A stretch of DNA of 64,000 nt from an uncultured Candidatus Saccharibacteria bacterium (GCA_964358005.1 CAYHNH010000001.1:78775-142774), one strand, 5' to 3'; positions 17,570 to 27,651 are shown, counted from the stretch's first letter. Translations and numbers: made by a program. The notes: a model not told the origin generated them from the sequence alone.

Positions 17570-18751
17570 TTATAGGACGTCCTTCACCTCCTTCCTTTCG
17601 AAGAATTTCACCCCCAGCAATTGGTATGGGATGTTCTTCTTGATGAAGGCTTCTTCGAGCACGCGGGATTGGAAGTTTGTCCGGTATAGGACGGCGATCT
17701 CCCTAGGAGACAGGCCGGTCTCGATGAGATCCCGGGCGGAGTCAGCTATGGCTCGGGCTTCCTCGGTTTCAGAGTAGGAAGCCGAGAGGGATATCTTCTC
17801 ACCGGCAACATTGTCGGTATACAGGGTCTTCTTCTTGCGCATGGAGTTCTTCTCGATCACGGCATTGGCTGCCGCAAGAATAGTTTTCGTCGAGCGATAG
17901 TTCTTTTCGAGAGTGATCACGGTGGTGTTGGGATAGTCCTTTTCGAAATGGAGGATATTCTCTATCGTCGCCCCGCGCCAGCTGTAGATATTCTGGTCCG
18001 CGTCCCCGACGGCGCAGATATTGTTATGCGCTGCGGCTAGATGGTTGGCGATCTTGTATTGGACCTTGTTTGTGTCCTGGTATTCGTCTATGTGTATGTA
18101 CTTCCAGACCTTGGCGTAGCGTTCCCTGATATCCGCCCTCTCCAACAAGTGGGCCGTCTTTGCCAAGAGGTCATCGAAGTCTAGAGCTTTTTCCTTGAAT
18201 AGGATGGCGTCATATCTTTCCCACACCTCTGCTGTCATCTCCTGCATAAAATCCCTGGCCGCGTCCTTGTACTGGAGCGGATTATGCCCATCGCCCTTGG
18301 CTCGGGAGATGAGATTGAGGAATAGTCCCGGGTCGTATTTTTTCGGGTCGATGTTGCGCGAGAGCATGGCTTCTTTGACTGCCCGCTTCGAGTCGCCGCG
18401 ATCATATATCGTAAAATACCTGGTGAGGCCGAGCAGGTGGGCGTTTTCTTTTATTATGTGCACGCCGAGGGCGTGGAAAGTGCTTACGAACGGCTTTTCA
18501 TTGATGGAGATTGGGCGGTTTATTCCGTTGTCCACCGAAAGCAGGCTTGTCACCCTGTCGCGCATTTCCTTGGCCGCCTTGTTGGTGAAAGTTATTGCCA
18601 ATATCTCATGCGGAGCTACCCCGGACCGGACCAGATTGAGGATTCTATGGGCTATGACCCTAGTTTTGCCCGAACCAGCACCAGCGACTATGAGCAAGGG
18701 GCCGTTTTTGGTCTCGACGGCTCTTTTCTGGGCTTCGTTGAGAGTGTTCAC
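17570..18751 (-). CDS. uvrD: UvrD/PcrA-family helicase, N-terminal fragment (1A/1B domains), ending at an in-frame TAA
   Basis: LLIVAGAGSGKTRVIAHR (Walker A), ILAITFTNKAAKEM, HIDEYQDTN (motif II) and the KFFERKEVKDVL end. It is in frame with the downstream fragment. Confidence 0.7.
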   Translation of the reverse strand: MNTLNEAQKRAVETKNGPLLIVAGAGSGKTRVIAHRILNLVRSGVAPHEILAITFTNKAAKEMRDRVTSLLSVDNGINRPISINEKPFVSTFHALGVHIIKENAHLLGLTRYFTIYDRGDSKRAVKEAMLSRNIDPKKYDPGLFLNLISRAKGDGHNPLQYKDAARDFMQEMTAEVWERYDAILFKEKALDFDDLLAKTAHLLERADIRERYAKVWKYIHIDEYQDTNKVQYKIANHLAAAHNNICAVGDADQNIYSWRGATIENILHFEKDYPNTTVITLEKNYRSTKTILAAANAVIEKNSMRKKKTLYTDNVAGEKISLSASYSETEEARAIADSARDLIETGLSPREIAVLYRTNFQSRVLEEAFIKKNIPYQLLGVKFFERKEVKDVL

Positions 18752-18945
18752 CGGGACATACTACCATAAAGACCATGTTCATATCGCGTTTGACTTCGGG
18801 TCAAAAAATGATATCCTTGGGCCACATATCCAATCTTTATGTTTTTGACATTCACGGCTCTATATAGCCATGAATACATAGGGACAGGATCACAGGACGG
18901 CTGATATTACCTTTACGGATGCTTGACAGGAGGGGCACATCCATT

Positions 18946-20037
18946 ATGCACTCAAACCAGTCCGAAAAAAATCAATACCCTGCCTTTTTTAGGTTCAAGC
19001 GCCTCATCCCGGCATTGGTCATTTCAGTGGCCGTCACATCTTCCATATTTGTCTTTTCCAAGACCGCCAATGCCGGTCTTGTGTCTTTTTTGAACATGCT
19101 CATGGGTAATCAGCAAGCTTCTGCCAAGCTCATGATCCCGAGAGCCGCGGATTCGCAAATCCTGCCCACTATCGTCCTCATGGCTGCCGGCAACCCGATC
19201 CTTCTGGCCCAGGCATCCCAGACCCCGCCTATAGAGGGCGAGACTACCCTTTCGCCGGACATAGCGCGCATGAATGCGACTTCAACCGAAGAGATAAACA
19301 CCCAGATCAGCATATATGTGGTCAGACCGGGTGACACCATATCATCTGTGGCAAAGATGTTCAGCGTGTCTGTGAGCACAGTCCTCTGGGCGAATGACCT
19401 AACGAGCAAATCCCTGCTACAGCCGGGACAGACTCTGGTCATACTTCCAGTTACGGGCATAACTCACAAGGTTATGAGTGGAGACACCATCCAAAGCATC
19501 GCAAAGAAATACAATGCCGACATAGAGGACATCCTCAATTACAATGATCGGACATTGGCCTCGGTTCTGAAGGCTGGAGAAGAGATATTGATACCGAACG
19601 CGGAGATTCCTACGCTGACGGTTTCGCCGGCACGCAATCCTGCCAAGCCTGCAAGCGGACCTCTGATATCAGGCTACTATTCATGCCCTTTGCCAGGGTC
19701 CAAAGTCACCCAGCGTTTGCATGGACATAACGGAGTCGATCTAGGAGCTCCTAGCGGCACGCCCATACGGGCGGCAGCGGGCGGGACGGTCATCATCAAT
19801 CGCTCCAACGGTGCATGGAACGGCGGATACGGGAATTTCATCGTAGTGCTCCATTCTAACGGGACACAGAGTCTCTATTCCCACATGTCCAGGAGCACAG
19901 TCCAGGCTGGAGAGGTCGTCTCGAAGAATCAGACTATCGGCTATGTTGGCATGACCGGCCTTACGACGGGTCCACACCTACATCTCGAAATCCGCGGCGC
20001 TCAGAATCCATTCACTGATCAGGGTCTTTGCCGGTAG
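18946..20037 (+). CDS. LysM-domain (x2) M23-family murein endopeptidase
   Basis: Two LysM repeats (YVVRPGDTISSVAKMFSVSVSTVLWAN and HKVMSGDTIQSIAKKYNADIEDILNYN). The C-terminal M23 motifs are HNGVDLGAPSGTPIRAAAGGTV and YVGMTGLTTGPHLHLEI. The start is taken at MHSNQSEK, preceded by GGAGG. Confidence 0.8.
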   Translation: MHSNQSEKNQYPAFFRFKRLIPALVISVAVTSSIFVFSKTANAGLVSFLNMLMGNQQASAKLMIPRAADSQILPTIVLMAAGNPILLAQASQTPPIEGETTLSPDIARMNATSTEEINTQISIYVVRPGDTISSVAKMFSVSVSTVLWANDLTSKSLLQPGQTLVILPVTGITHKVMSGDTIQSIAKKYNADIEDILNYNDRTLASVLKAGEEILIPNAEIPTLTVSPARNPAKPASGPLISGYYSCPLPGSKVTQRLHGHNGVDLGAPSGTPIRAAAGGTVIINRSNGAWNGGYGNFIVVLHSNGTQSLYSHMSRSTVQAGEVVSKNQTIGYVGMTGLTTGPHLHLEIRGAQNPFTDQGLCR

Positions 20038-21568
20038 AGCAGTCGTCCATTTTTTGCCGGTATTGGAGCGCTTCCAATACATGCCTCTGCTGGATGACCT
20101 CTACGCAGGCGAGATCTGCTAGGGTTCTGGCCACTTTTATTACCCTGTGGAATGAACGACCAGACAATGACAGTTTTTGTCCGGCGACTTTGGCAGTTTT
20201 GCGCGCATTATCAGTGATCTGGACGCATCGTTCGATATCATCGGCGTCCATTTCGCTATTGAATCTTTTTTTCAGGCCGAAACTCCTGAATCTGTCTAGT
20301 TGGATTTTTCTGGCGTTCGCTACGCGGGCTTTTATCGCGGCAGAAGGCTCCGACAGCGAGCATTTCTCGGCCAGCTTCTCGTAGTCTATCTTGCTCACGT
20401 TCACCCATATATCTAGTCTGTCCAATATCGGGCCAGAGATCCTCCTTCTGTAGGTTCTCACCAGGTGCTCTCTGCAGTCACAGCCATTATTGCGGCCTTT
20501 GCCGCAGGGGCAGGGATTCATCGAGGCGACGAGGATACATTGCGCGGGGAATGTCACACTGCCTCTCGCGCGCGAGACCGTGATGGACCTTTCTTCCAGA
20601 GGCTGACGGAGAGCTTCTATGACGGTCCGGTCGAATTCGGGGAATTCATCCATGAAAAGGATGCCTCTATGTGCCAGGGTTATCTCTCCTGGATGTGGGA
20701 AGGCTCCGCCACCGACGATGGAGGGATATGAGGCGGTATGATGCGGCGCCCGGAAGGGTGGATGCCTCACAAGGCCGCTCCTTAGCACGTTTGCGGCAGA
20801 GTGTATGCCGGTCACTTCTATGGCTTCTTCCTGCGACAGCGTCGGCAGGATGGAGGGGAGGCTCTGAGCGAGCATAGTTTTGCCGGTGCCCGCAGGCCCG
20901 AACATCAGGATGTTGTGTGCGCCAGCCGCAGCTATCTCCAGTCCGCGCTTGGCCATCTCATTTCCACGAATTGTGCGCATGTCTGGTGCTTGGAGGTTGC
21001 CCGCTGCTTGCTCGTCGATTTCTCGCGGCTTCAGTGGCTCGATGGACGATCTGCCATTCAGGGCTGATATGATCTCCGAGAGCGAATCTATAGCGAATAC
21101 CTCTATATCCGCGTACAGCGAGGCCTCCTCAGAGTTGTCTTTGGGTATGAAAACAGTTTTGAAGCCGCGGCTTTTTGCCTGGCACATGAGCGGCAGTATG
21201 CCGCTTACGGGTCTGACCTTTCCTTCCAGAGAAAGCTCGCCTAGGAATAAACTAGCCTCCGACCCATCCTGGATATCGCCGCTCGCCATGAGATATGAGA
21301 CCGCGATGGCCAAGTCGAAGGAAGGGCCTTCCTTACGCGCGTGAGCCGGAGCCAGTGAGATCACCACTTTTTGGTTCTTTTGCTTGGGTGAGACGTATCC
21401 TGAATTTTTGATGGCCGCGGAAACCCGGTCCTTGGCCTCTTCTACTGCCCGATCGCCCAAGCCGACTATCGAGACAGCATTAAGGCCGTTCGAGATATCG
21501 ACTTCTACGGTGACGACCTCTATTGAGAGGCCGACTAGTTGCGCGCTGTAGCATTTTGCTATGCTCAC
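20012..21568 (-). CDS. comM: Mg-chelatase-like AAA+ ATPase, YifB/ComM family
   Basis: N-terminal Lon-like domain, Walker A MFGPAGTGKTMLAQ, Walker B ILFMDEFPEF and a C4 cluster (CPCGKGRNNGCDC). Confidence 0.85.
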   Translation of the reverse strand: MSIAKCYSAQLVGLSIEVVTVEVDISNGLNAVSIVGLGDRAVEEAKDRVSAAIKNSGYVSPKQKNQKVVISLAPAHARKEGPSFDLAIAVSYLMASGDIQDGSEASLFLGELSLEGKVRPVSGILPLMCQAKSRGFKTVFIPKDNSEEASLYADIEVFAIDSLSEIISALNGRSSIEPLKPREIDEQAAGNLQAPDMRTIRGNEMAKRGLEIAAAGAHNILMFGPAGTGKTMLAQSLPSILPTLSQEEAIEVTGIHSAANVLRSGLVRHPPFRAPHHTASYPSIVGGGAFPHPGEITLAHRGILFMDEFPEFDRTVIEALRQPLEERSITVSRARGSVTFPAQCILVASMNPCPCGKGRNNGCDCREHLVRTYRRRISGPILDRLDIWVNVSKIDYEKLAEKCSLSEPSAAIKARVANARKIQLDRFRSFGLKKRFNSEMDADDIERCVQITDNARKTAKVAGQKLSLSGRSFHRVIKVARTLADLACVEVIQQRHVLEALQYRQKMDDCSTGKDPDQ

Positions 21569-21665
21569 GCTAGCATTTTACGCGAATGCAGATAAAATCC
21601 GCATCAAAAAAAGTTCAAATTTCAATGAAGAAATCTTAAATTACTTATGAAGTTTCACCAAAAAG

Positions 21666-22019
21666 CTATTTTAACGAGTATCGGGCGGACGGGTTGGCCT
21701 GCAATCTCTCCATCTCGATCGGTTTACCAGTCTTCTCACAGGTGCCGTAGGTGCCAGAATCCATCCTTTCAAGGGCGGAAACAACTTCTTTTAACTGGTT
21801 TTCAAGGTTGGATACGATACCGCTGTTCTCCTCTATCTCCTCGAGCTTGTCGGCGACCTCGTTTTCGTCTGCCGAGTCGACTTCCATGTTGCCGCTAGTA
21901 GCGTCCCAGCCGCCAGCCTTGGAGCTGTCCCTCTTGCCTATTCCGGCCAGCTCCTTCTCCAATAGAGCTTTTTCCTCCAGAAGCCTCTTCTTAAAGTTGT
22001 CCAGATCTTTTTTATTCAT
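21666..22019 (-). CDS. DksA/TraR-family C4-type zinc-finger protein
   Basis: 117 aa with an N-terminal coiled coil and a C-terminal GTYGTCEKTGKPIEMERLQANPSARYSL motif, as in DksA/TraR. Confidence 0.7.
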   Translation of the reverse strand: MNKKDLDNFKKRLLEEKALLEKELAGIGKRDSSKAGGWDATSGNMEVDSADENEVADKLEEIEENSGIVSNLENQLKEVVSALERMDSGTYGTCEKTGKPIEMERLQANPSARYSLK

Positions 22020-22029
22020 TGCTATGATT

Positions 22030-23544
22030 TTATCTCACAAAAGCCTTGTTTTCAAGCCGTGATATGACAGCAGCGAGCGCTTCAGTATTTGCGGCAACCA
22101 CCAGCGTCGAATTGTCTACGAATGAATAGACCAGAGCTGTCCGTTCATTGTCTGTAATAAACGCTCTGACGTCCTTATTTCTTACAATCTGGTCCTTGAA
22201 TGTCCCTCGCAGAGGGGGGCTCGAGGATTTGTCGCTGGCATCTGTCAGGATGTCTTTGATCTCAGCTGGCAGGGACGATTCCCAGCCGAGCATGCCAGCA
22301 AATGCATTCTGGAACAGGTTAGTGTTGGCGATCACAAAGGCGGTCTTCTCGTCCTTGCCTGCATAGACGCCAAGCATCCATTCGTGGGTCAGCGAGCGCG
22401 ATATTATGTCAGGCATAGCCATTCCCATCAGATTCGACATCTCGGTGGCGGACACCCTGTAGGTCTGCTCCTCTTTGATCTCTGTCATCACGATCTCCCT
22501 TATATTTCCTGGTGTTAGGGTTTTTGCTATCTCTACGCGGACCTTCCTTATCAAGTCCTGTCTGGTCTGGCCATCAGTCGCGATGACGGACTGGGTCTCG
22601 TATGGGATGAGTGCGGGAGGAGTCTTGGGCCTGGTCACGGCAGGCGGCTTGGCACCGACGGCGCTCTGCGAGTATAGGTAGTATCCAGCGATCATTCCTC
22701 CGGCTATGAGCAGGAGCGATATGACGACGATTACCGTATTTCTTACAAAATGGGATTTTTCTGCCGATATACCATCGGCGCCTGAGGTCACGATGCTCGG
22801 GCCGCTGTTAGATAGAGTCTCGCCTTCCCCCTTGCGTGCATTCTCTGCGATAGCTATCGAGGCTCTGGTGGTATTTCTTTGGGCCAAGACGTCAGCCACG
22901 TCGCTCTCGTATGTACGGATGTTCTTCAGGGTGGGACTTGTGGCGGCAGTCGGGAACGGTTTTAGTACGAACCCGTGAGTCGCAACTGGAGGTATCTGGG
23001 CGGGGATTGCTGGGGAAGGTGTTTTTGTTGGGTTTGTAACAGGGGCCGAAGGCGGGATGGGCGTAGGGGCTTTGAATATCGGAGGTACTGGTGTGGCCGC
23101 AATCGGACGGGGAGGAGGCGTGACGGGAGGCGTTGCGACGGGTATCGGGGGGAGAGTGATGGCAGGTGGCGGTACTGCCGGTGGTACAGGGACGACTGCG
23201 GCCGCGGTCGGGGCCACCTGAACGCTAGGAACTGGCTTGTTCAAAGGGATCTCCTGTTCTGCCGGCATGGCCCCGGGCAATCCTTCGGGGGCGAGGGAGC
23301 TCACAACAGAGCTGTCATCGGCGGTTTTGATGATTGGGTCAGGCTTGAAAGGGTTGACGGGGCTAGGACTCGAGGATACCGAGGGTATTGATGGAGGCAT
23401 CGAGGGCACTGGTGGTGGCACTGGTGCGGATACTGGCGATGGTCCCGGTGTGGGCGCCGTGGGTGCCACTGGTGGAGGAACAGGCTTTGGGATGTCCTGT
23501 TTGGAGTCATCGGTTATTTCTCCGTTCCTACCAATGAGTATCAT
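22030..23544 (-). CDS. Proline-rich membrane-anchored protein (hypothetical)
   Basis: 504 aa. The first roughly 200 aa are nearly pure P/A/V/T low complexity, followed by one TM helix (VIVVISLLLIAGGMIAGYYLY) and a globular C-terminal domain of about 230 aa. Confidence 0.5.
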   Translation of the reverse strand: MILIGRNGEITDDSKQDIPKPVPPPVAPTAPTPGPSPVSAPVPPPVPSMPPSIPSVSSSPSPVNPFKPDPIIKTADDSSVVSSLAPEGLPGAMPAEQEIPLNKPVPSVQVAPTAAAVVPVPPAVPPPAITLPPIPVATPPVTPPPRPIAATPVPPIFKAPTPIPPSAPVTNPTKTPSPAIPAQIPPVATHGFVLKPFPTAATSPTLKNIRTYESDVADVLAQRNTTRASIAIAENARKGEGETLSNSGPSIVTSGADGISAEKSHFVRNTVIVVISLLLIAGGMIAGYYLYSQSAVGAKPPAVTRPKTPPALIPYETQSVIATDGQTRQDLIRKVRVEIAKTLTPGNIREIVMTEIKEEQTYRVSATEMSNLMGMAMPDIISRSLTHEWMLGVYAGKDEKTAFVIANTNLFQNAFAGMLGWESSLPAEIKDILTDASDKSSSPPLRGTFKDQIVRNKDVRAFITDNERTALVYSFVDNSTLVVAANTEALAAVISRLENKAFVR

Positions 23545-23561
23545 TCGTTATAGTATACAGC

Positions 23562-25778
23562 CTAAAAGCGTTTTCTAAAATCTTTTCTAGGACCACCGTG
23601 TCCCTCGCCGAAAGGCCTAGGCGGCCTAGGCGTCTCCTCTTTCTTCGTGAAGAATTCTGGCTTCGCCTGTTTTATGGACAGGTTGATGCGACCCTTCTCA
23701 TCGATTTCCTTCACCGCAACCGGCACTTTATCGCCCTCTTTTACATAGGTTTCTACCCTCTCGACCCTGAATGGGGCCATTTCAGAGACATGTACCAGTC
23801 CCTCGGCGTTGGGGCCGATCTTGACGAAGAATCCGAAATCCATGAGCCTGGTCACCTCCCCCTCGAACCTTTCGCCGGGCATATATTCCCGGGTCATGTT
23901 GTATATGATTTCTCGTGCTTTTTCAGCAGTGCCAGCCTTTCCGGTTATGAATACCGACCCATCATCCTCTATGGTTATGTCCTCGACGTGCGTGACGTCG
24001 CGGATCTCGTTTATCGTTTTGCCGCCGGAGCCGATGACCAAGCCGATTTGGTCGGGCTTTATCTTCATGGCGATGATCTCTGGCGCGTTGGGTGATATCG
24101 TCGCTCTGTGCTCGGGTATCTCCTTCTCTATGAGATCTAGGATCTTGAAGCGCGCGACCTTGGCCTTTTCGAAGGCTTCCGAGAGGATTTTCAATGGTAT
24201 CCCTCCAACTTTCACGTCCATCTGGACTGCTGTGACGCCCGCGCGCGTGCCGGCGACTTTAAAATCCATGTCGCCGTGATGATCCTCGGGCCCTTGGATG
24301 TCGGTCAGTATCTTGTATTCGATCTTTTCGCCGCCAAATGCTCCTTTTTTACCCAGGCGCATCATGAGGCCTGAAGCGATGCCGGCCACCGGCGCCTTTA
24401 TCGGGACGCCGCCGTCCATGAGTGCCAGCGTCGATCCGCACACTGATCCCATCGAGGTGGAGCCATTGGATGCGAAGGCTTCTGATACTAGACGGATAGT
24501 GTACGGGAATTTATCCTTGTCAGGAATGACTGGCAGTAGCGCTTTTTCTGCCAGCGCGCCGTGGCCGATCATGCGGCGGTTGGTCCCACCGATCTTGCCT
24601 GTCTCCCCCGTCGAGAATGGCGGAAAGTTGTAGTGATGCATGAAGCGCTTGTTCTCAGTCATGTTGACGCCTTCTATGACTAGGGCGTCCCCAGGCGAGC
24701 CTAGAGTCAATATGGAAAGAACGTGTGTTCCGCCTCTATAAAATACGCCTGTACCGTGCAGTATCGAAGATACTCTGCCGGCTTGCACATACAGCGGCCT
24801 GATCTCGTCCATGCCGCGGCCGTCGGCGCGAAGGCCCTTGTCTATGGCGTATGTGTGGATCAGACTGTTCACCGATTCCTCGAATATTTCCATGGCCATA
24901 GCCGCGTTTCCTTCGGGGAATTTCTCATTGAATACAGCCATCCATTTTTCGATGACTTCGTTATATTTTGTCTTGCTGTTTGGAGCCGGGATGTCTTTGT
25001 GGAATATATGATCCGGCAAGAGCGGCGCTATCTCCGCATCGAAAAGCTCCTTTGTGCCAGGCGTAGCTTTTGGCAATGCGACTTCAGCCTTCTCTCTGCC
25101 CACCTTTTTGATTATTTCCTCCTGCCATTTCTGGACTTTTTCTATCTCGGCAGAAGCGAGCTTCAGGCCCTCGTTGAGATCGGCCTCGGACACTTCCTTG
25201 CTCCCCACCTCTATCATGTTTATCATCCCATCTTTGCCGCAGGCTATCATGTCTAGCGAAACTCCGGCCTCTTCGCGCTGTTTGAAATCTGGATTCACCA
25301 GCCATTCGCTGTTCTTTCCGATTCGGACGGAGGATACCGGTCCATTCCACGGGATATCCGAAGTCCCCAGAGCGAGAGAAGCTGCGATGACTGCCACCAT
25401 GTCCGGGTCATCCTGGTCTATGGCGATGGTAGTGACTACTACTTGCACCTCGTTGCGCATCTTCTGGTCGAAAAGCGGGCGAATGGTGCGGTCTACTATG
25501 CGGCCGGAGAGTATGGCTTCGGTCGAAGGCCGGCCCTCCCTGCGCATGAACCTAGATCCGAGTATCTTGCCAGTGGCGTAGAAGCGCTCCTCGTAGTCGA
25601 CAGTCAGCGGAAAAAAATCGCCATCACGGAGTTTCCCCATGACAGCCGTTGCTAGTACCACAGTATTCCCATAGCGGACCATCACGGCACCGTTGGCCTG
25701 GTCGGCTAGGTCATTGAATTCGGCGGTCAAGGTCTTGTCGCCGATCTCGAGGGAGAATTCTTTCTTTTTCATGCACAC
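23562..25778 (-). CDS. pnp: Polyribonucleotide nucleotidyltransferase (PNPase)
   Basis: 738 aa with two RNase PH domains, a KH domain (IGLVIGSGGKTINEI) and an S1 domain (GERFEGEVTRLMDFGFFVKI). It is downstream of rpsO. Confidence 0.95.
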   Translation of the reverse strand: MCMKKKEFSLEIGDKTLTAEFNDLADQANGAVMVRYGNTVVLATAVMGKLRDGDFFPLTVDYEERFYATGKILGSRFMRREGRPSTEAILSGRIVDRTIRPLFDQKMRNEVQVVVTTIAIDQDDPDMVAVIAASLALGTSDIPWNGPVSSVRIGKNSEWLVNPDFKQREEAGVSLDMIACGKDGMINMIEVGSKEVSEADLNEGLKLASAEIEKVQKWQEEIIKKVGREKAEVALPKATPGTKELFDAEIAPLLPDHIFHKDIPAPNSKTKYNEVIEKWMAVFNEKFPEGNAAMAMEIFEESVNSLIHTYAIDKGLRADGRGMDEIRPLYVQAGRVSSILHGTGVFYRGGTHVLSILTLGSPGDALVIEGVNMTENKRFMHHYNFPPFSTGETGKIGGTNRRMIGHGALAEKALLPVIPDKDKFPYTIRLVSEAFASNGSTSMGSVCGSTLALMDGGVPIKAPVAGIASGLMMRLGKKGAFGGEKIEYKILTDIQGPEDHHGDMDFKVAGTRAGVTAVQMDVKVGGIPLKILSEAFEKAKVARFKILDLIEKEIPEHRATISPNAPEIIAMKIKPDQIGLVIGSGGKTINEIRDVTHVEDITIEDDGSVFITGKAGTAEKAREIIYNMTREYMPGERFEGEVTRLMDFGFFVKIGPNAEGLVHVSEMAPFRVERVETYVKEGDKVPVAVKEIDEKGRINLSIKQAKPEFFTKKEETPRPPRPFGEGHGGPRKDFRKRF

Positions 25779-25856
25779 ACTTTAGCATGCCGGACTTTCC
25801 GATAGTAATTAACAGAGGTGTATAAGGTTTTTCACTCAATATGGGGCTGAATAGTA

Positions 25857-26378
25857 TTACCTCTTCCCTCCCGTCCTCAATAGATACTTGTTAGGTGCCT
25901 GGTCGAGGTCCATGAAATGGTCAGTGGCCTCGATGAGCTTGGCTGAAGTGGATTTGCCGAATGAAACGACTTCTACCTGACAGCCTTCGTTGGTCTGGAG
26001 GTATTCGACGAGCGGCACGAAGTCGCCGTCGCCTGTCACTAGGATGATCGCGTCTAGTTTCGGGGCCATCTTCACGGCGTCTATGGCCATGCCGACATCC
26101 CAGTCAGCCTTCTTGGCGCCGGAACTGAAGATCTGGAGGTCTTTGACCTTGGTCTCTATGCCCGCCTTTTCGAGTGCGTCGAAAAATGCGCTCTCCTCGC
26201 CTGATTCCGTGGATATGACATAGGCCATGACGCGGACTAGCTTCCTGCCGTCGAGTGCGTCCTTGACGATGGCGCCGAAATTGACCTTGGAGTGATATAG
26301 ATTCTTGCCGCTATGATAGAGATTCTGCGCGTCTATGAAAATTCCGACGCGCTGTTCCTTATGTTTTATTACTGACAT
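25857..26378 (-). CDS. NYN/LabA-like PIN-fold domain protein
   Basis: VGIFIDAQNLYHS...VMAYVISTE...DWDVGMAIDAV...IILVTGDGDFVPLVE matches the NYN-domain acidic residue pattern. Confidence 0.7.
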   Translation of the reverse strand: MSVIKHKEQRVGIFIDAQNLYHSGKNLYHSKVNFGAIVKDALDGRKLVRVMAYVISTESGEESAFFDALEKAGIETKVKDLQIFSSGAKKADWDVGMAIDAVKMAPKLDAIILVTGDGDFVPLVEYLQTNEGCQVEVVSFGKSTSAKLIEATDHFMDLDQAPNKYLLRTGGKR

Positions 26379-26404
26379 TCTTTATTGCGCTTGCGCGCGG
26401 TTAG

Positions 26405-26671
26405 TTATTTCTTGAGCTCGAGCTTCTTTATGATGGATGAGTATCTGCGAGGAAAATTCTTCTGGAGATACACGAGATGCGTCTGGCGGTCGGCGACCAT
26501 GCCGAGAAGACCGCGCCTCGAGTGGTGGTCTTTCTTGTGCTTCTTCAGATGTTCGGTTAGTTCGGCGATTTGCTTGCTGAGGAGCGCTATCTGAACCTCC
26601 GGCGAGCCAGTATCCTTGTCGTGTATGCCGGTTTCCTTGATAACGCGTGTTTTTTGTCTCGTGGTTAACAT
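26405..26671 (-). CDS. rpsO: 30S ribosomal protein S15
   Basis: Start taken at MLTTRQKTRVIKE. TGSPEVQIALLSKQIAELTEHLKKHKKDHHSRRGLLGMV is the canonical S15 signature. It is followed by pnp. Confidence 0.9.
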   Translation of the reverse strand: MLTTRQKTRVIKETGIHDKDTGSPEVQIALLSKQIAELTEHLKKHKKDHHSRRGLLGMVADRQTHLVYLQKNFPRRYSSIIKKLELKK

Positions 26672-26727
26672 GGGCGATATATTAGCACTAAAGCCGTTTT
26701 TCGGCAACATTTTGCTATAATAATGCC

Positions 26728-27651
26728 ATGTCGCACAATATCTCCGATATGAAGCAGAAGTTCCTGGAATACGTGGAGATAGAGAGGGGCCGCTCGGTCC
26801 TGACTGTCAGGAATTATGACCAGTATCTATCGCGTTTCATACAATTCGCCAAAGTAAAGAACGCTGAGGATATCACGGCAGAGTCCGTGCGTGAATTCAG
26901 GTTGTGGCTCAACCGCTTGCCCTCCGGCAACAGAGACGCTCCCGGCGCTACGCTGAAGAAAAAGACCCAGAATTACTATTTGATAGCTATACGCTCCTTC
27001 CTGAAATTCCTAGCCAAACGCGGTATAAAGTCGCTCTCCCCCGAACAGATCGAACTCGCCAAGGTAGGCGAACGCCACCTCGATCTCATCTCTAGTGACG
27101 AGTTGGATAGGTTAATGAGCGCGCCGGACGGTAAAGACCTCAGAAACCTTCGTGATAAAGCCATTTTGGAGCTGCTTTTTTCTACTGGATTGCGCGTGTC
27201 CGAACTCTGTTCCCTCACCCGCGATGTCGATTTTGATGCTGACAGCTTCTCCATCCGCGGCAAAGGCGAGAAGATACGGGTCGTTTTCATATCTGATGAA
27301 GCTCGCAAGGCGGTCAAAGCCTATGTAGACAAGCGCACTGACGTCGATGACGCCCTGTTCGTCAGGGTGAGCCGCGAAGCAAGCTCAAAAAGGTCAGACT
27401 TGGCCTTGGATCCTCGCTCTGTACAGCGTCTCGTCAAATATTGGGCCATCAAGGCCGGCATCTCCAAGAAAGTGACTCCTCACGTGGTGCGGCACTCCTT
27501 TGCCACAGATCTCCTGCATAACGGGGCTGATCTACGTGCCGTCCAACTTCTCCTGGGCCATTCGAGCATAAGCACGACACAGGTCTATACCCATGTGGCT
27601 GATAGCGAACTCAAGCGCATCCACAAGCAGTTTCACAATAAAAGAAAATAG
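26728..27651 (+). CDS. Tyrosine recombinase, XerC/XerD family
   Basis: N-terminal SAM-like domain (FLEYVEIERGRSVLTVRNYDQYL) and a catalytic domain with RHSFATDLLHNGADLRAVQLLLGHSSISTTQVYTHV (R...H-x-x-R...Y). Confidence 0.85.
   Translation: MSHNISDMKQKFLEYVEIERGRSVLTVRNYDQYLSRFIQFAKVKNAEDITAESVREFRLWLNRLPSGNRDAPGATLKKKTQNYYLIAIRSFLKFLAKRGIKSLSPEQIELAKVGERHLDLISSDELDRLMSAPDGKDLRNLRDKAILELLFSTGLRVSELCSLTRDVDFDADSFSIRGKGEKIRVVFISDEARKAVKAYVDKRTDVDDALFVRVSREASSKRSDLALDPRSVQRLVKYWAIKAGISKKVTPHVVRHSFATDLLHNGADLRAVQLLLGHSSISTTQVYTHVADSELKRIHKQFHNKRK

Noticed and set aside
17570-17572. Possibility that the in-frame TAA in uvrD reflects stop-codon reassignment
   Set aside because: Other long ORFs (DnaA 446 aa, PNPase 738 aa, H+-PPase 665 aa, PilB 597 aa) have no in-frame TAA/TAG/TGA, and many genes terminate with TAA, so the code appears standard. 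A nonsense mutation or sequencing error is the more likely explanation.
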